Below, one piece after another: positions 1 through 12,215 of a DNA stretch of 64,000 bases. The notes beneath the pieces were generated by a model. That model saw only the letters and a program-made list of their open reading frames with translations. It did no database searches and was not told where the DNA came from. Every line of letters starts with the position of its first letter. The first letter of the stretch is position 1. This stretch comes from Felis catus (lineage: Eukaryota). The position numbers and the translations under genes were made by a program. The DNA lies in the NCBI RefSeq assembly GCF_018350175.1, contig NC_058382.1, positions 56,856,001-56,920,000 on the forward strand, written 5' to 3'.

Positions 1-178
1 GAGAGAGACAGAGCATGAGCAGGGGAGGGGCAGAGAGAGGGAGACACAGAATCTGAGGCAGGCTCCAGGCTCCGAGCCGTCAGCACAGAGCCTGATGCGG
101 GGCTCGAACCCACGGACCGCAAGATCATGACCTGAGCCGAAGTCGGCCGCTCAACCGACTGAGCCACCCAGGCGCCCC
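1..178 (-). mobile_element. CanSINE (SINEC_Fc-like), cut by the window edge
   Basis: Reverse complement of the GGGGCGCCTGGGTGGCTCAGTCGGTT tRNA-Lys-derived head plus (CT)n region. Confidence 0.95.
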
Positions 179-294
179 AAAAAATGCACAGATTTTAAGC
201 GTACTGATTTTAAAACCGAGTTAAGGCAAGGAAGGCAGATTGGTCCGCGCTTACGAAAGACGTGTTGCGTTATGTGTCCGCCTTTTTCCGAACA

Positions 295-850
295 GTCATG
301 CTCTCTGATACCAGTAATTCCATTCCTGGGAATTTATCTCGAAGAAATTATCAGAAACGGTGTCAGTCTTAGGTACGAGGAAGCAGAGATTTGCATGCAG
401 AGGCCTTTCCTGGAGCCTTATTTCTGGCAGCAGAAAGTTGGGAAACAGGCCGAGTGCCCCACAACAGGAGGCTTCGTGAATAAATCCTGGACCAGCCATA
501 TGATGGTCTAATATGCAGTCACTGGGGCACCTGGGTGGCTCAGTCGGTGGAGCGTCCGACTTCGGCTCAGGTCATGATCTCACAGTCCGTGAGTTCAAGC
601 CCCGCGTCGGGCTCTGGGCTGACAGCTCGGAGCCTGGAGCCTGCTTCGGATTCTGTGTCTTCCTCTCTCGCTGCTCCTCCCCTGCTCACATGCTGTCTGT
701 CTCTCTCTCTCAAAAATAAATAAAGATTAACATGCAGTCATTAAAACTGTGTTTTCTAAGACTGTTGAAGCCAGGGGAAACTGCTCCTGAGATAAAGTAA
801 AGCGGAAAATATAGAGCATCAAAGTTGGCAAACTGTGTGATGCCGATCCC
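295..850 (+). mobile_element. Ancient L1 (L1M-type) 3' fragment interrupted by a SINE
   Basis: ccagtaattccattcctgggaatttatc...gggaaacaggccgagtgccccacaacagg...atgcagtcattaaaa resembles the L1 ORF2-end/3'UTR consensus. Confidence 0.6.
524..729 (+). mobile_element. CanSINE
   Basis: Full head, CT tract and A tail. TSD core ATGCAGTCA at 513-521 and 732-740. Confidence 0.95.
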
Positions 851-1897
851 ATGTAGAGAAACTCCTGCATAAAATGCCCCCGCCAGACTGGGAGCGATTC
901 TCTCAGGCTCCTGGAAGTATTGACGATTTTCCATTCTTTTCTTCACATTCTCTTTTATATTGTCAAGTTTTCTATGCTGAACACGTCGCTTTGATAAACA
1001 GAAAAATATTTTTTTTCAAGACACGAACAACAAGGATGCTGTAGGCAAACTACCCTTTCTGTCTGCAGACTCACCCAGCGGCGCTGTGTTCCTGTTGTCT
1101 GGTGTTGACAAGGGCTCGAATGCCGGCCTAGACCACCAGGCCCTGTGCCCATAATGGGAGCAAACTAGCAATTGCCTCCCGGGACGCCTCCCGCTCAGCT
1201 GTCACAGCATCCATTCGGCTGCACAAAACACTCCATCGAGATAACCCTGCAGACAGCAGGAGGAATAAAAAAGGCTTATTCCTCTGTAAGTCCCATAAAG
1301 ACATTTCTTGGCATCGAAAAAAACGGCACCCCGATTTCGCTAACCTGGGTTGTGGTGCAGAAGCGTCCCAGGCAGGGGGCTGGAAACCACTGCCTCTTCA
1401 GCCGCAGCCGTGATCTCCAGGGAGGCCTGGAGAGTAAAACCGCCTTGAGCGAGTGAAGGGAGAGATCTGTGTTTTGAACGTTTCCTCTTAGGTGGCGTTT
1501 CTAATCTGCCGTCCTTATGTTGTTAAGACAACCAATATAATAAGCAAAATTAGCAACGATTACCCCAAAAGGCACAATAAAACGCACTGTCGTTCTGGCC
1601 GTGAGGTCAGAGTATGAACACTCGGGTCGTTCTTCAAATCTCAGCAGAGCATATGCTGCTGGGCCCCTGCGGGAGACTCGTTCTGTGACCCAGCCCACCA
1701 CACCCCCTGCCACTCGGGACCCCAACGCGGGGCACTGCATGGTTTTCCCCTCGGTGCGTTTCCAGGGATTACACACTCCTTCCCTGGCAATTACACACTG
1801 ACTGTTCTCAGAACTGAATTTAAGCTCCGTTAGAAAACTGTTGAAAGCCCTCGGGGCTCATTTTTCACCAGATTGAAATCTGTAATGTTACTGTAAT

Positions 1898-1900
<3 letters not shown>

Positions 1901-1929
<29 letters not shown>
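1901..1929 (+). repeat. Poly(A)29 with no attached SINE/L1 body
   Basis: Direct read of the sequence. Confidence 0.9.
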
Positions 1930-1931
<2 letters not shown>

Positions 1932-2245
1932 AATCTTCCGAAGTTCAATTGGAATTTTTTTCTATGAACTCAGTAATAAGGGTCCAGTTTCAGGAAAATC
2001 ATTTTCAGTGCGTGAGTGAAATCACCCTGTTTGTTAGGCAGGACCAAAGCCATCCTCCAACGCACGGCTGATGCCTGTGCTCCCTGGGTTTGAACTTTCT
2101 AGAGAGGTTAACATGAATTTGGAAATGTCCAGATTGTTCTGGCATCATCTGATGAGTTTTCTGGGAAACCAAAGTTCACCCCTTCGAGTTACATGGCAGT
2201 GTGTGTTTTTATGAGGTTTCTAAACCATTTGCTTTCCTGATTCTT

Positions 2246-2466
2246 TTTTAAATTTTTTTTTCAACGTTTATTTATTTTTTGGGGACAGAGAGAGACAGAG
2301 CATGAACGCGGGAGGGGCAGAGAGAGAGGGAGACTCAGAATCGGAAACAGGCTCCAGGCTCCGAGCCATCAGCCCAGAGCCTGACGCGGGGCTCCAACTC
2401 ACGGACCGCGAGATCGTGACCTGGCTGAAGTCGGACGCTTAACCGACTGCGCCACCCAGGCGCCCC
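2246..2466 (-). mobile_element. Young SINEC_Fc-type CanSINE
   Basis: Diagnostic GGCGCAGTCGGTTAAGCGTCCGACTTCAGCCAGGTCACG head. TSD ~gc(t/c)ttcctgattctt on both sides. Confidence 0.95.
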
Positions 2467-2739
2467 TCGCCTTCCTGATTCTTAAGCAGACTATTGAGGA
2501 TGGAATTTAAGGCCATTGAGGTAATCACTCTAGGCTGATAAATGAGCTTCCCTGCACTTTGAATTTTTCTGGCTTTGGGGCTTTCTACCTGTCATACTGT
2601 GGCCACTGTATCTGCCTTAGGAAAATAAACTACAAAAGTAGGTGTTTTTTTATTAAAGATTTATGTCTGGAAAGGAAAGGAGAGGGGAGGGGAGGGAAAG
2701 CAATGATACCAGATGGAAAGTCTAAGAAAAACAGAATTA

Positions 2740-2875
2740 AGCTTTATTGAGCAACTACTAACTGCCAGGCATTTTCTGCATGCTTTCTCCTCCTCCCAAC
2801 AGCCCTAAGACAGGTCTTCCTGTCCCCATTTCACAGAAAATGCAGCTGAGGACAAGCTGAGATTCACACAGCTAA
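2740..2875 (-). mobile_element. MIR fragment
   Basis: tttattgagcaactact...ccccatttcacagaaaatgcagctgagg matches the MIR core in reverse. Confidence 0.6.
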
Positions 2876-3004
2876 GAAACAGCCCTCTGCAAGCCAGTGT
2901 CCTCCTGCTTTAGATGTCAGGACATGAGCCTCTTCTAATATCTTAGCAAGCGTTTTCTGTTTCTTCCAAGTCAGGGCTTGTGCCCTTAAGGACTAAGGAT
3001 GGCA

Positions 3005-3219
3005 GGGGCGCCTGGGTGGCTCAGTCGGTTAAGCGTCGGACTTCGGCTCAGGTCACGATCTCCCAGTTGGTGGGTTCGAGCCCCGCGTCGGGCTCTGTGC
3101 TGACTGCTCAGAACCTGGAGCCTCCTGTGGATTCTGTGTCTCCCTCTCTCTCTCTCTCTCTCTCTGCCCCCCCCCCACTTGTGCTCTGTTTCTTAGTCCG
3201 TTAAAAAAAATTTTTTTTA
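3005..3219 (+). mobile_element. CanSINE with rearranged tail
   Basis: Perfect 16-bp TSD aaggactaaggatggc (2988-3003, 3220-3235). Confidence 0.95.
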
Positions 3220-3384
3220 AAGGACTAAGGATGGCCAGTGTGGACTCTGTGACAGAGTCAAGGCGTATCTCGTACCCGGTCCAGGTCAGAAGAACCTGCC
3301 ACATGCTAAGCCACATCCTTTAGGACCAGTGTCCTGTTCCCTGAATTCACAGCCTGCAGACTTCTCTTCCTGCTAACCTACTGA

Positions 3385-3837
3385 AGATGCTCCCCGGCCC
3401 CTGAAGATGCCCACATTCTGATCCCTGGCACCTGCAAACGTGTCACCTTCCAGGGTGAAAAGAAACCCTGTGATGTGATCAAGTTAGGGCTCTTGAGACG
3501 TGAATCCAGCCTGGACCATCCAGGGGGGCCCCGCGTGATCCTAAGCGTCCTCCGAGGGGGAGGCATGAGGGTCGGAGCTGGAGGAGAGATACGATGACAG
3601 AAGCAGAGGTTGGCATCACCCAAGAAAGAGACCACGGGACAAGGGATGCGTGTATCTCTCGGTGCCGCAGAAGGCACAGAAACACATTCTCCCCTAGAGC
3701 CTCCAGAAGGCGGGCACCCCTTCCCACACCTTGATTTTAGACTCTGACCTCCGGGACACTAAGGATCATAAATTTGAGTTGTTTGAAGTCACTAGGTTTG
3801 TGGTCATTTGTGACAGCAGCCATAGAAACCTAATACA
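3385..3837 (+). mobile_element. MaLR LTR (MLT1C/D-like solo LTR)
   Basis: aagatgcccacattctgatccctgg...ttctcccctagagcctccagaagg...tttgtgacagcagccatagaaacctaataca terminus. Confidence 0.85.
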
Positions 3838-4373
3838 GTGGCCGTCGACCATGTCTCTCTTCCAGTCCAAGAGCCTTCCCCCATAAGCCCCCCTTTGATC
3901 AGCACTGCTCACTCTGCATCATCCAGGTACACTTCAGATGTCCCACACCGAGGGTCCTGGGAAACTCCGCCTCAGCCCACGACCTGTGTCTCAATCATCC
4001 TCGTGTCCCCCAGGGTGTCCGCGAGGGCCTGGTGCATTTATTTGTTTAGACAGCTGGTGTTCCAGGGCTGTCCACGGTGAGCCTCGGAAGCCATTCATCA
4101 CCAGACCCGTTTGCATTTGTCCAGAGCTAGTCATGCGTGCTGGTAGGAGAGTAAATGAATACTTTCACTTTGCTACAAGGAAATAAACATTTTATCCCTG
4201 GACTTTATCATCCCGTGTAACAGAATCCGCGTGCCTTTTATGTCTGCGGTCTGCGTCAGATAGATGGCAAATCTATTGGACGTGCGCTTCTCCGTGCCTG
4301 AGCCCATCTCCTTCCGAGTTCATCATCTCCACCTCTTTCTCTAGTTGTCCGGACTCATGGAAAGAACAGGGAT

Positions 4374-4410
4374 ATTTTTCTTTATTTTTTTAATGTTTTC
4401 ATTTATTTAT

Positions 4411-4445
<35 letters not shown>

Positions 4446-4600
4446 AAGTGGGGGAGGGGCAGAGAGAGAGGGAGACACCGTGTCCGAAGCAGGCTCTGAG
4501 CCGTCAGCACAGAGCCCGATGGGGGGCTCGAACTCACAAGCCGTGAGATCATGACCCGAGCCGAAGTTGGACGCTCAACCAACAGAGCCCCCGGGTGCCC
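4374..4600 (-). mobile_element. CanSINE
   Basis: Poly-T/(GA)n then reverse-complement SINE body ending gggtgcccc. Confidence 0.92.
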
Positions 4601-4708
4601 CAACAACAGAGACTGTTAAGAAACATTATTCGTTTCTGGAAGATCTTGGATTTCCCCACAGAGTGAAAACCAAGTCCCCCATGTTCAGATGCCTGAAATA
4701 TACCAGAA

Positions 4709-4908
4709 CAGTGGTTCTTAACCGGGGGTGACAGTGCCCCCCACATGACGTTTGGCACCATGTAGAACATTTGGGAGGGGGTGCGACTAGCTTCTAGCGG
4801 GCAGAAGCCAGAGTTACTGCTGAACTTACTGCAATGCATGGGACAGCCTCTCTGGAAGAAAGAAATAGCCAGCCCCAGATGTCAGCAGGGCTGAGGTCAA
4901 GAAACCCC
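4709..4908. mobile_element. MER20-like hAT-Charlie MITE
   Basis: cagtggttcttaaccgggggtgac...gctgaggtcaagaaacccc termini. Confidence 0.75.
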
Positions 4909-4989
4909 ATGACAAAACAATGGGCTGAGACATGGCCAAATGACCCCCCATTCAAAGCGAGAAAGCCGGCTTAAAACCAGTTCAAGGTT

Positions 4990-5113
4990 GGGGCACCTGG
5001 ATGGCTCAGTCGGTTAAGCATCCAACTCGATCTCAGCTCAGGTCATGATCTCACAGTTCAGGAGTTCGAGCCCCACATAGGGCTCTGCACTCGTAGTGCA
5101 GAGCCTGCTTAGG

Positions 5114-5166
<53 letters not shown>

Positions 5167-5455
5167 AAACTAAATAAACTTTTTTAAAAAATTAGAAAAG
5201 AACATTTCAGGGCACCGGGGTGGCTCAGTCAGTTGAGTGTCCAACTTCAGCTCAGGTCATGATCTTGCGGTTCGTGGGTTCGAGCTCCGCGTCGGGCTCT
5301 GTGCTGACAGCTCAGAGCCTGGAGCCTGCTTCACATTCTGTGTCTCCCTCTCTCTCTGCTCCTCCCCTGCTTGTGCTCTGTGTGTCTGCCTCTCTCTCTT
5401 TCTCTCTCACTCTCTCTCAAAAATAAACATTAAAAACAATTTTTTTAATTAAAAA
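4990..5455 (+). mobile_element. Two tandem CanSINEs (4990-5190 and 5210-5455)
   Basis: Two heads, CT tracts and A tails. cagttcaagg flanks the pair on both sides. Confidence 0.92.
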
Positions 5456-5699
5456 GAAAGAGAACAGTTCAAGGCAACTTTCAAAGGCCTGGAGGTTTTC
5501 GCTGACTGCAAATTCAGGCTTGGACAAAAGTATCTTATGGCTGTGAGAAAAGCCAAGAACATCTCCAAGTCCGACAAGTGGCGTGGAGCCCGAGTCACCA
5601 CACTGCGTGCTGGGCTTCTGTGCTCCCTGGATGTCCTATTCAAGACAGATACTGGCAAACCCACGTGTGTTCAGGAGGACGACCCAGAAAAAGGTTGTG

Positions 5700-6765
5700 T
5701 GCGGGACCTTCACATGGAGGGCTGTGCATTCCTCCAAAGAGGAGATACGAATGGCCAAGTATCGCATGATGCTCGCCACGACTGAGCATTAGGGAAACGC
5801 AAATCAAAACTGCACGGAGAAACCACCTCCCACCCATTGGAATCACCAAGAAAAAAAGAAACATCAAGTGTTGGCAAGGATGAGGAGGAATTGGCACTGT
5901 GTGCGCTGTTGGTAGGAATGTGAAATGGTACAGCTGCCTTGGGAAGCAGTATGATGATTCCTCAGAACAGTAAAAATGGAATTACCATTTGGTCGTCATT
6001 GAAAACCACATTCCTTCTCAAAGAAAAACCACATTCCTTCTCAAAGAAGTATGTGCACACCCGCGTTGATAGCAGGGTCCTTCACACTCGCTGAAATGTG
6101 GAAGCAACCAAAGTGTCCACGAGTGGGTGAGTTGATGAGCACGATGTGGCTTATCCAGGCAGTGGAATAGTATTCGATCGTAAAAAGGAAGGAAACCGCC
6201 ACCTGCTGTAACATGGATAAACCTCAAGGACATTATGCTTCGTGAGATAAGCCAGCCACAAAAACTCACACGCTGTATGATTCCACTTATGTGAGTCATT
6301 AGGGAGGTCAAGTTCGTAGGGACAGAAGGTAGAAGGGTGGTAAGCAGTGCAGGGTTGGGGGGCACGCAGAGCTCCGGGCTGGGGAGTTTCGGGTCTTCAA
6401 GAAGAAAGCAGTCTATGGCGCACAGGGTGATGGTTGGCGGAACATTACGAGTGTTCTTAATACTACACTTTTGGTGGTTAAAGTAGGTGGGGGCGCCTGG
6501 GGGGCTCAGTCAGTTAAGCCTCCGACTTCGGCTGAGGTCACGATCTCACGGTTCATGAGTTCGAGCCCCGCATCGGGCTCTGTGCTCACAGCTCTGAGCC
6601 TGGAGCCTGCTTCGGATTCTGTGTCTCCCTCTCTCTCTGCCCCTCCCCTGCTCTCACTCTATATCTCTCTGTCTCAAAAACAAATTTTAAGAAAAAGCAA
6701 AAAAAAAAAAATTTAATGGTTAACGTAGGTAAATTTTATGTGTATGTTGCCACCATTTTAAAAGA
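5700..6765 (+). mobile_element. Old L1 (L1MA/MB-like) ORF2 end and 3'UTR, interrupted by a SINE
   Basis: cattagggaaacgcaaatcaaaac, aagtgttggcaaggatg and gcaaccaaagtgtccac L1 3' motifs. Confidence 0.85.
6490..6714 (+). mobile_element. CanSINE
   Basis: Full element. TSD tggttaa(a/c)gtaggt. Confidence 0.95.
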
Positions 6766-7204
6766 ATGGGAGATAAAAAAGAAAGGGGACTTTGGAATCA
6801 TGGAAAGCCAGACCATCCAGCCACTTAGCAACCATGAGACTCGGGGAAAGGGACGTGGCCTCCCCAAGCCTGAGCGTCTTCCTCTTCGACGGGCTACACA
6901 AGATCGCGATGAGTCCTAGCGTAACAAGCAAAAGGCGCTTCGCATAGTGACTGCCACCTCGTGAGAACTCGTACGTTTGTCATTAAGAACAGGCGAGGCT
7001 CGAGGAAGAAAAGCCCCCTTTGCGCGTGGCCTTCTATGAGCCCACGATACCGGGGGAACGAATGCAGGAGGGGCTGTCGAGGGCGTAAAAGATGACCGAA
7101 CAGGAATTGGTTCATTTCAGGGAGTTTTATCTTAACGTAATGGGCTCGATTAGCAAACTTCCTAAGGCGCCAGCTAGCTTGCGTTCAGGTACTTAATAGA
7201 CACA

Positions 7205-7811
7205 GGACTCGTTGGATGGGGCCGCCATGAAGGACCATAGACCGGGTGGCTTAAGCACCAGAAACGTGTCTTCTTACAATTCTGTGGGCCAGGAGTCAAA
7301 GGCATTGGCCAGAGCGGCTCCTTCTGAGGCTTCTCTCCTTGCTCCGATGGACGGCCGCCTTCTCCCTGTGGGCTCACATCACCCTCCCTCTGAGTGTGTC
7401 TGCCTTCTTGTCTCCCCTTCTTACGGTGACACCAGGCTGCACCAGGGCCAACCGTAACAGCCTCATATTAATTCAACCGCCTCTTTAAAAGATGCTGTCT
7501 CTTGGGGCACCTGGGTGGCTCAGTCGCTTGGGCGTCCGACTTCGGCTCAGGTCATGATCTCACCGTTCCTGAGTTCGAGCCCCGCGTCGGGCTCTGTGCT
7601 GACAGCTCAGAGCCCAGAGCCCACTTTGGGTTCTGTGTCTCCCTCTCTCTCTGCCCCTCCCCTGCTCATGCTCTGTGTCTCCCTCTCTCTCAAAATAAAC
7701 AAACATAAAATTTTTTTTTTTAATGCTGTGTCCAACTATGGTCACCTTCTGAGCTCCTGGGGGTTAGGACTTCAACGTAGGAATTTGGGAGACACAGTGC
7801 AGCCCATAACG
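7205..7811 (-). mobile_element. MaLR LTR (MLT1A/B-like) interrupted by a CanSINE
   Basis: ccatagaccgggtggcttaagcaccagaaac...gggggttaggacttcaacgtaggaatttgggagacacagtgcagcccataac. Confidence 0.8.
7504..7722 (+). mobile_element. CanSINE
   Basis: Full element. TSD ~atgctgt(c/g)tc. Confidence 0.93.
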
Positions 7812-9149
7812 GACATCATGAGAATTCAGGGCACTAGTGCCTTTCTAAAGGGGCCCTGGGAGGGTAAGAGAGAATCCATGTGTTAACAGGCGTTGTCAGA
7901 GCTATTGTGGCTCTCGCAGCCTCACGAAAACCAAACTCCAGGACCACACACACCTGCATTTTGGTAAGCCTGGTTTGGATTCAAGCACAGTATCTATTCT
8001 GAGGGCAGCAGGCGTGATGAGAAATGAGGCATGGGGCTGAGAAAAAATACAGGCAAAGTAAAACCCCCACACCCTCCCTTAATTAACTGTATATTAGAGA
8101 AGGAAATATCCTGGGACGAAAACCATCAGGGAGACACCGGGTTCCATTTCATTCTGTGTTTTTGGCACACCCTTGTGTTATATTTTACTCGCATTATTCT
8201 GTTTGTCTACACATTTCCCCCTTCCTGGAAAAAAAAAATGCCATATCGCCGCTGATTTTCAACGTCGTAGACGTTGTTTTGCTCTGGGTCGCACAGCTCC
8301 GTTCAGTTCGCCACACGTCCTAACTGCCATGTCGTATGTTCAACACAGGCATCCTAAAAGCATAGACAGGTATATAAAACCACATTCCTTCTCTAAAAAT
8401 TCAGCCCTGTTAGGTTTGTTGGCATGTCGCTTGGACTTTTATTAAAATGGTAAAAACATTCTGCAAAAGTAACTCTAAGATGACAGGGCATTTCTAAGCC
8501 ACCAGTAAAGAACTGTTAAGGGAGAGGGATCTTTGCTTTCAAATGCTGGTACGATTCGGGGCAAATATGCCTTCATTCCAGACAACCAGGCTCTTGAGGC
8601 TTTGAACTAATGCACTGATCATAGACGGAGCCAGTGGCGAGGGAACTGTGTGTCAGCCTGTGTCCGTCACCTGGCCGCAAACACACGAACCCGGCTCAGG
8701 GCTGCTGCCTCCCCTTCTTTCAGCCCAGGCTCCTCTCATCCTCTCTCTCTTCCCGCCATGCTCCGGTCCCCCGGGCCCCACTGACAGCACAGACAAAAGA
8801 GTGTTCCTCCAGCACCTACTAGAAATGGTCCCTCCAGCCGGGGAGCTCACAGAGTCATTGGGCATCCCCCCCCAACCATCCCCCACCCCTCCACATGACG
8901 AGTGTCAAATGCCTCACCTGCGTCCAGGTAGAAGACACCCCCTTCTCATGAGAAATGGCATCTTTTGGACTGGAGTTCCTATAGACGAAAGCCAGGCTGG
9001 TTCCTCATGTACCTGCACACTTTTATAGTTGGGGAGGGAGGGGCTTTTCAAAGAAGGGACACACAGGCCAGCTAGATCTTTGCAGCCCTCAAATTTCCCT
9101 CCTACTAAAGAAAAAAAAAAAAGGAAGTGTAACTTTCAAGTCAATTTCC

Positions 9150-9600
9150 TCTATCAGTCAGGACTCTTAGTTCCAAATGAAATCTAACTCAAAATGGCAC
9201 CGGGAAAAAAAACCAATGGGCTCGCATCGCGGAGACATCCAGGCGTAGGTGTGCTTTTGGCCCAAGCAGGTGCTGAGTGTTCAAGGGAAATAGCCAGGTA
9301 GCAATCGTTAGTAGTGAGCCCCCATCAGCCTTTCGGGACGGTGCCTGCCGGTGGCAGTGACACCGGCCTGGTATGTGCCACGGTGGGGCACCTCTCAGGC
9401 TGCGACGTTATGTAGCAAAAAGCCTACCGTGAGCCAAACCCAGGGAACCAGTACAGAAGCGGCCTCCCCCAAACCCCGGTGGTAGAGGGCTGGCTGACCA
9501 AAGCAAAGCCAGGTGGCCTGCCCAGAGGAAGGGGACACAGATGCTGCTGATGTTACCACATTCATGGCCGCCACAAGTCACATGGTAGTGAATGGCACTT
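9150..9600 (-). mobile_element. Old MaLR LTR (MLT1J/K-like), degenerate
   Basis: tatcagtcaggactcttagttccaaatgaaatctaactcaaaatggc resembles the MLT1K end. Confidence 0.5.
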
Positions 9601-10077
9601 TGGGCCTTTTCTATGGTTTCTAGAAACATCAAGAGCATCGCATTGCCTCAACGACTTGCCAGTAATATCCCTATCTTTAAAAGATGGCTTTTAGCATTGA
9701 TAGAAGTACTTAATAGATACAGAATGTACACTCTCAGTAATATGTACCCGGCATTAAAAAAAACAAATACCCTGTGAAGCATACTTGCAAAGCGACCAGC
9801 TACCTACCTGAGCACACAGCCTAACTAACCTCAGATGTGCCGTCACAGCGGATATTTGGTGACCAAGGGGAAGCTGTTTCCTCCAGTTCCCTAGAGCCGA
9901 GGGCTCTGCAAATATCCAGTCGCTAACCCTGTGATGCCTTCTGTCTCCGTCAACAGATGAGGATTTTTACCTGTTGAGAAAGATTCTCAACTATCACAAG
10001 GAGAGACGGTTGTAAAACATTGTTCGTAGGGACTGTAACTCACATGAGTGTCACAAAATAAGGCTCAGGACCTATTT

Positions 10078-10285
10078 GGGGCGCCCGGGTGGCTCAGTAG
10101 GTTGCGCATCCGACTTCGGCTCAGGTCACGATCTCACGGTCCGGGAGTTCGAGCCTCACGTCGGGCTCTGGGCTGATGGCTCAGAGCCTGGAGCCTGTTT
10201 CCGATTCTGTGTCTCCCTCTCCCTCTGCTTCTCCACCACTCACATTCTGCCTTTCTCGCTCTCTCTAAAAAAAACAAAACAAACA
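10078..10285 (+). mobile_element. CanSINE
   Basis: TSD aag(g/a)ctcaggacct(a/g)tt. Confidence 0.94.
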
Positions 10286-11814
10286 AAGACTCAGGACCTG
10301 TTGCATATTCATGATTGAAATAGGCAGAGTGTCTGACATCCTGGAACCTCTGGATTTTTTATGTTTGTTTGTTTACGTTTAGTAGCTTTTTTACAGAAGA
10401 CAGAATCAGAGGATGTCTTCTTCATCTCCCGTAAGGAGAGGGTTCTGATGGTACGCATCGATTTTCGTCTTCGATGAGGCACCGTCTTTGTCCTTAATTC
10501 TAGAGTTTTTGCCCCCTACCCTTTTCCACTCGTCTTGTGTTTTTAGGAGAAAAGAATAAAGCACGAGGGTGTCCCCTGTGCCTGCCTGTTTCTGTACATC
10601 ATTTGTAATCTCAGGTAATTGTTATTTGCTGAGCAAGGGCTTTCCAGCTAGGACGGGATAAAGCAGCAGTGGACGCGACAGCAAGAGATTTATTGCTATC
10701 ATTTAGTGCGTGCCCCAACTCATTCATGCGTGCCTTTGCTCATAAATGCCCCCACCTCATTCCACAAAAGATATGAAACAGAGCTTTATTGCTAGGAGTT
10801 CATGCTGGCATAAATATTAAATTCCGTGTAAAAATGACTTGGGCTATTCCTGTATTTCGTGCAGACTTACTCACGGCTAACGCAAAGTCTATTTCCTCAT
10901 CGGGGGTTAACGTCCCCTTCACTCGAGGGGGATCGGATTATGTTTCATTCACCGCAATTCTTGGGTTTCAGGAATTTATCCGCTGTATCTCTGCTGACCT
11001 AACCCTGGCTGGCCGTGCCGGGATTCCCTGCAGGCCGTTGTTTTAACGTTTTGCAGCATTTCTACAGGCTGTGGTGTGGGGGTTGGGATTTTCGCCCCCA
11101 GTCCTGGGGCTCTCGTAACCACCAGGCCCTGGCCCTTCTCCCAGGGGCAACAGCAAATACATTAGTAAAATTTAGTAACATTTCCCCATAGCATCCTATT
11201 TCCAAAATGGGCTTCCTATCTGTTGGAGTTGGGTGCAAGCCACAGAAATTAACTCTGGAAAACATGCAAAAAAAAAACAAACAACGACAACAACAAAAAA
11301 AAAAAAGAAAGAAAGAAAAAAGCAAGGCTGTGTAGGTGCTCACAGAATCGGAGGAGTTGACCAGCAGGTGAGGTGGGAGGCGGGGTGGCCGCAGCGTGGA
11401 CGCGCTTGGCCCCCCAACTGTCCATCCGAGCCCAGAGTCAGATTTGGCGTGACTTTGATGGCCGAGTTCGGGTGGGAGCCCACCCTTGATGACAGGCCGA
11501 CTGCAATGGGGCTAGGGTAATAGCAACCAGGGCGTTTTTACCTAAATGAATGAAGAAGAAATGTTACAGCAGGGGTGGGAGGGAGGCACGGGGAACGTGA
11601 AGAAGACGTCCACCACCCTCCCCCTGCCCAATTTGTGATTATCCTCCCTCCCTGATGGACAAGCGGTCTCTCTCAGATAGGCTTAGCGTCGTTCTAGCGT
11701 CGTTCACCAATATATGAAATCCGCTTTAACGTGGTCTTCTTGATACAATCTTGCATTTTGCTGCGTTCATTTTGTTTTCCGTGACGCTGGGAAAACCTAG
11801 ACTTGCCTACTTTT

Positions 11815-12215
11815 TTCTTTTTTTTAACAGACTTTAGTTTTTAGGGCACTGTTAGGTTCACAGCAAAACGGAGGCAAAAGCGTGGAGATTTCCGGTATCC
11901 CTCCTGACCCAACCGTGCACCTCCTCTACCATTCTCAACATTCTGCACCAGAGTGGGACGTTGGTTAGCATCCATGAACCTGTACTGATAGCATAATCAC
12001 CCAAAGTCCACACTTTTGACATTAGGGTTCACTCTCGGTGTTGTACATCCTTAGTCTGAACCAATCTCGGAGGACATATACCCACTACCGTAGTATCATA
12101 CAGAGAAGTTTCACTCCCTAAAAATCCTCTGTGGTCCTCCTGTCATCCCTCACCCCCTCATCCCCGGTAACCGCTGATTTCAATGCCCCCCCCCCCCCCG
12201 CCACCGTTGGCCTCT
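11815..12215 (-). mobile_element. L1MC/MD-like 3'UTR fragment
   Basis: aggttcacagcaaaac...cataatcacccaaagtcca...cattagggttcactctcggtgttgtacatcc. Confidence 0.8.

Noticed and set aside
1901..1929. Poly(A)29 as a processed-pseudogene tail or true transcript end
   Set aside because: No upstream AATAAA, coding remnant or clear TSD; more likely an expanded homopolymer and an oligo-dT mispriming site
11684..11705. 11-bp tandem duplication tagcgtcgttc x2
   Set aside because: Ordinary slippage indel with no further structure
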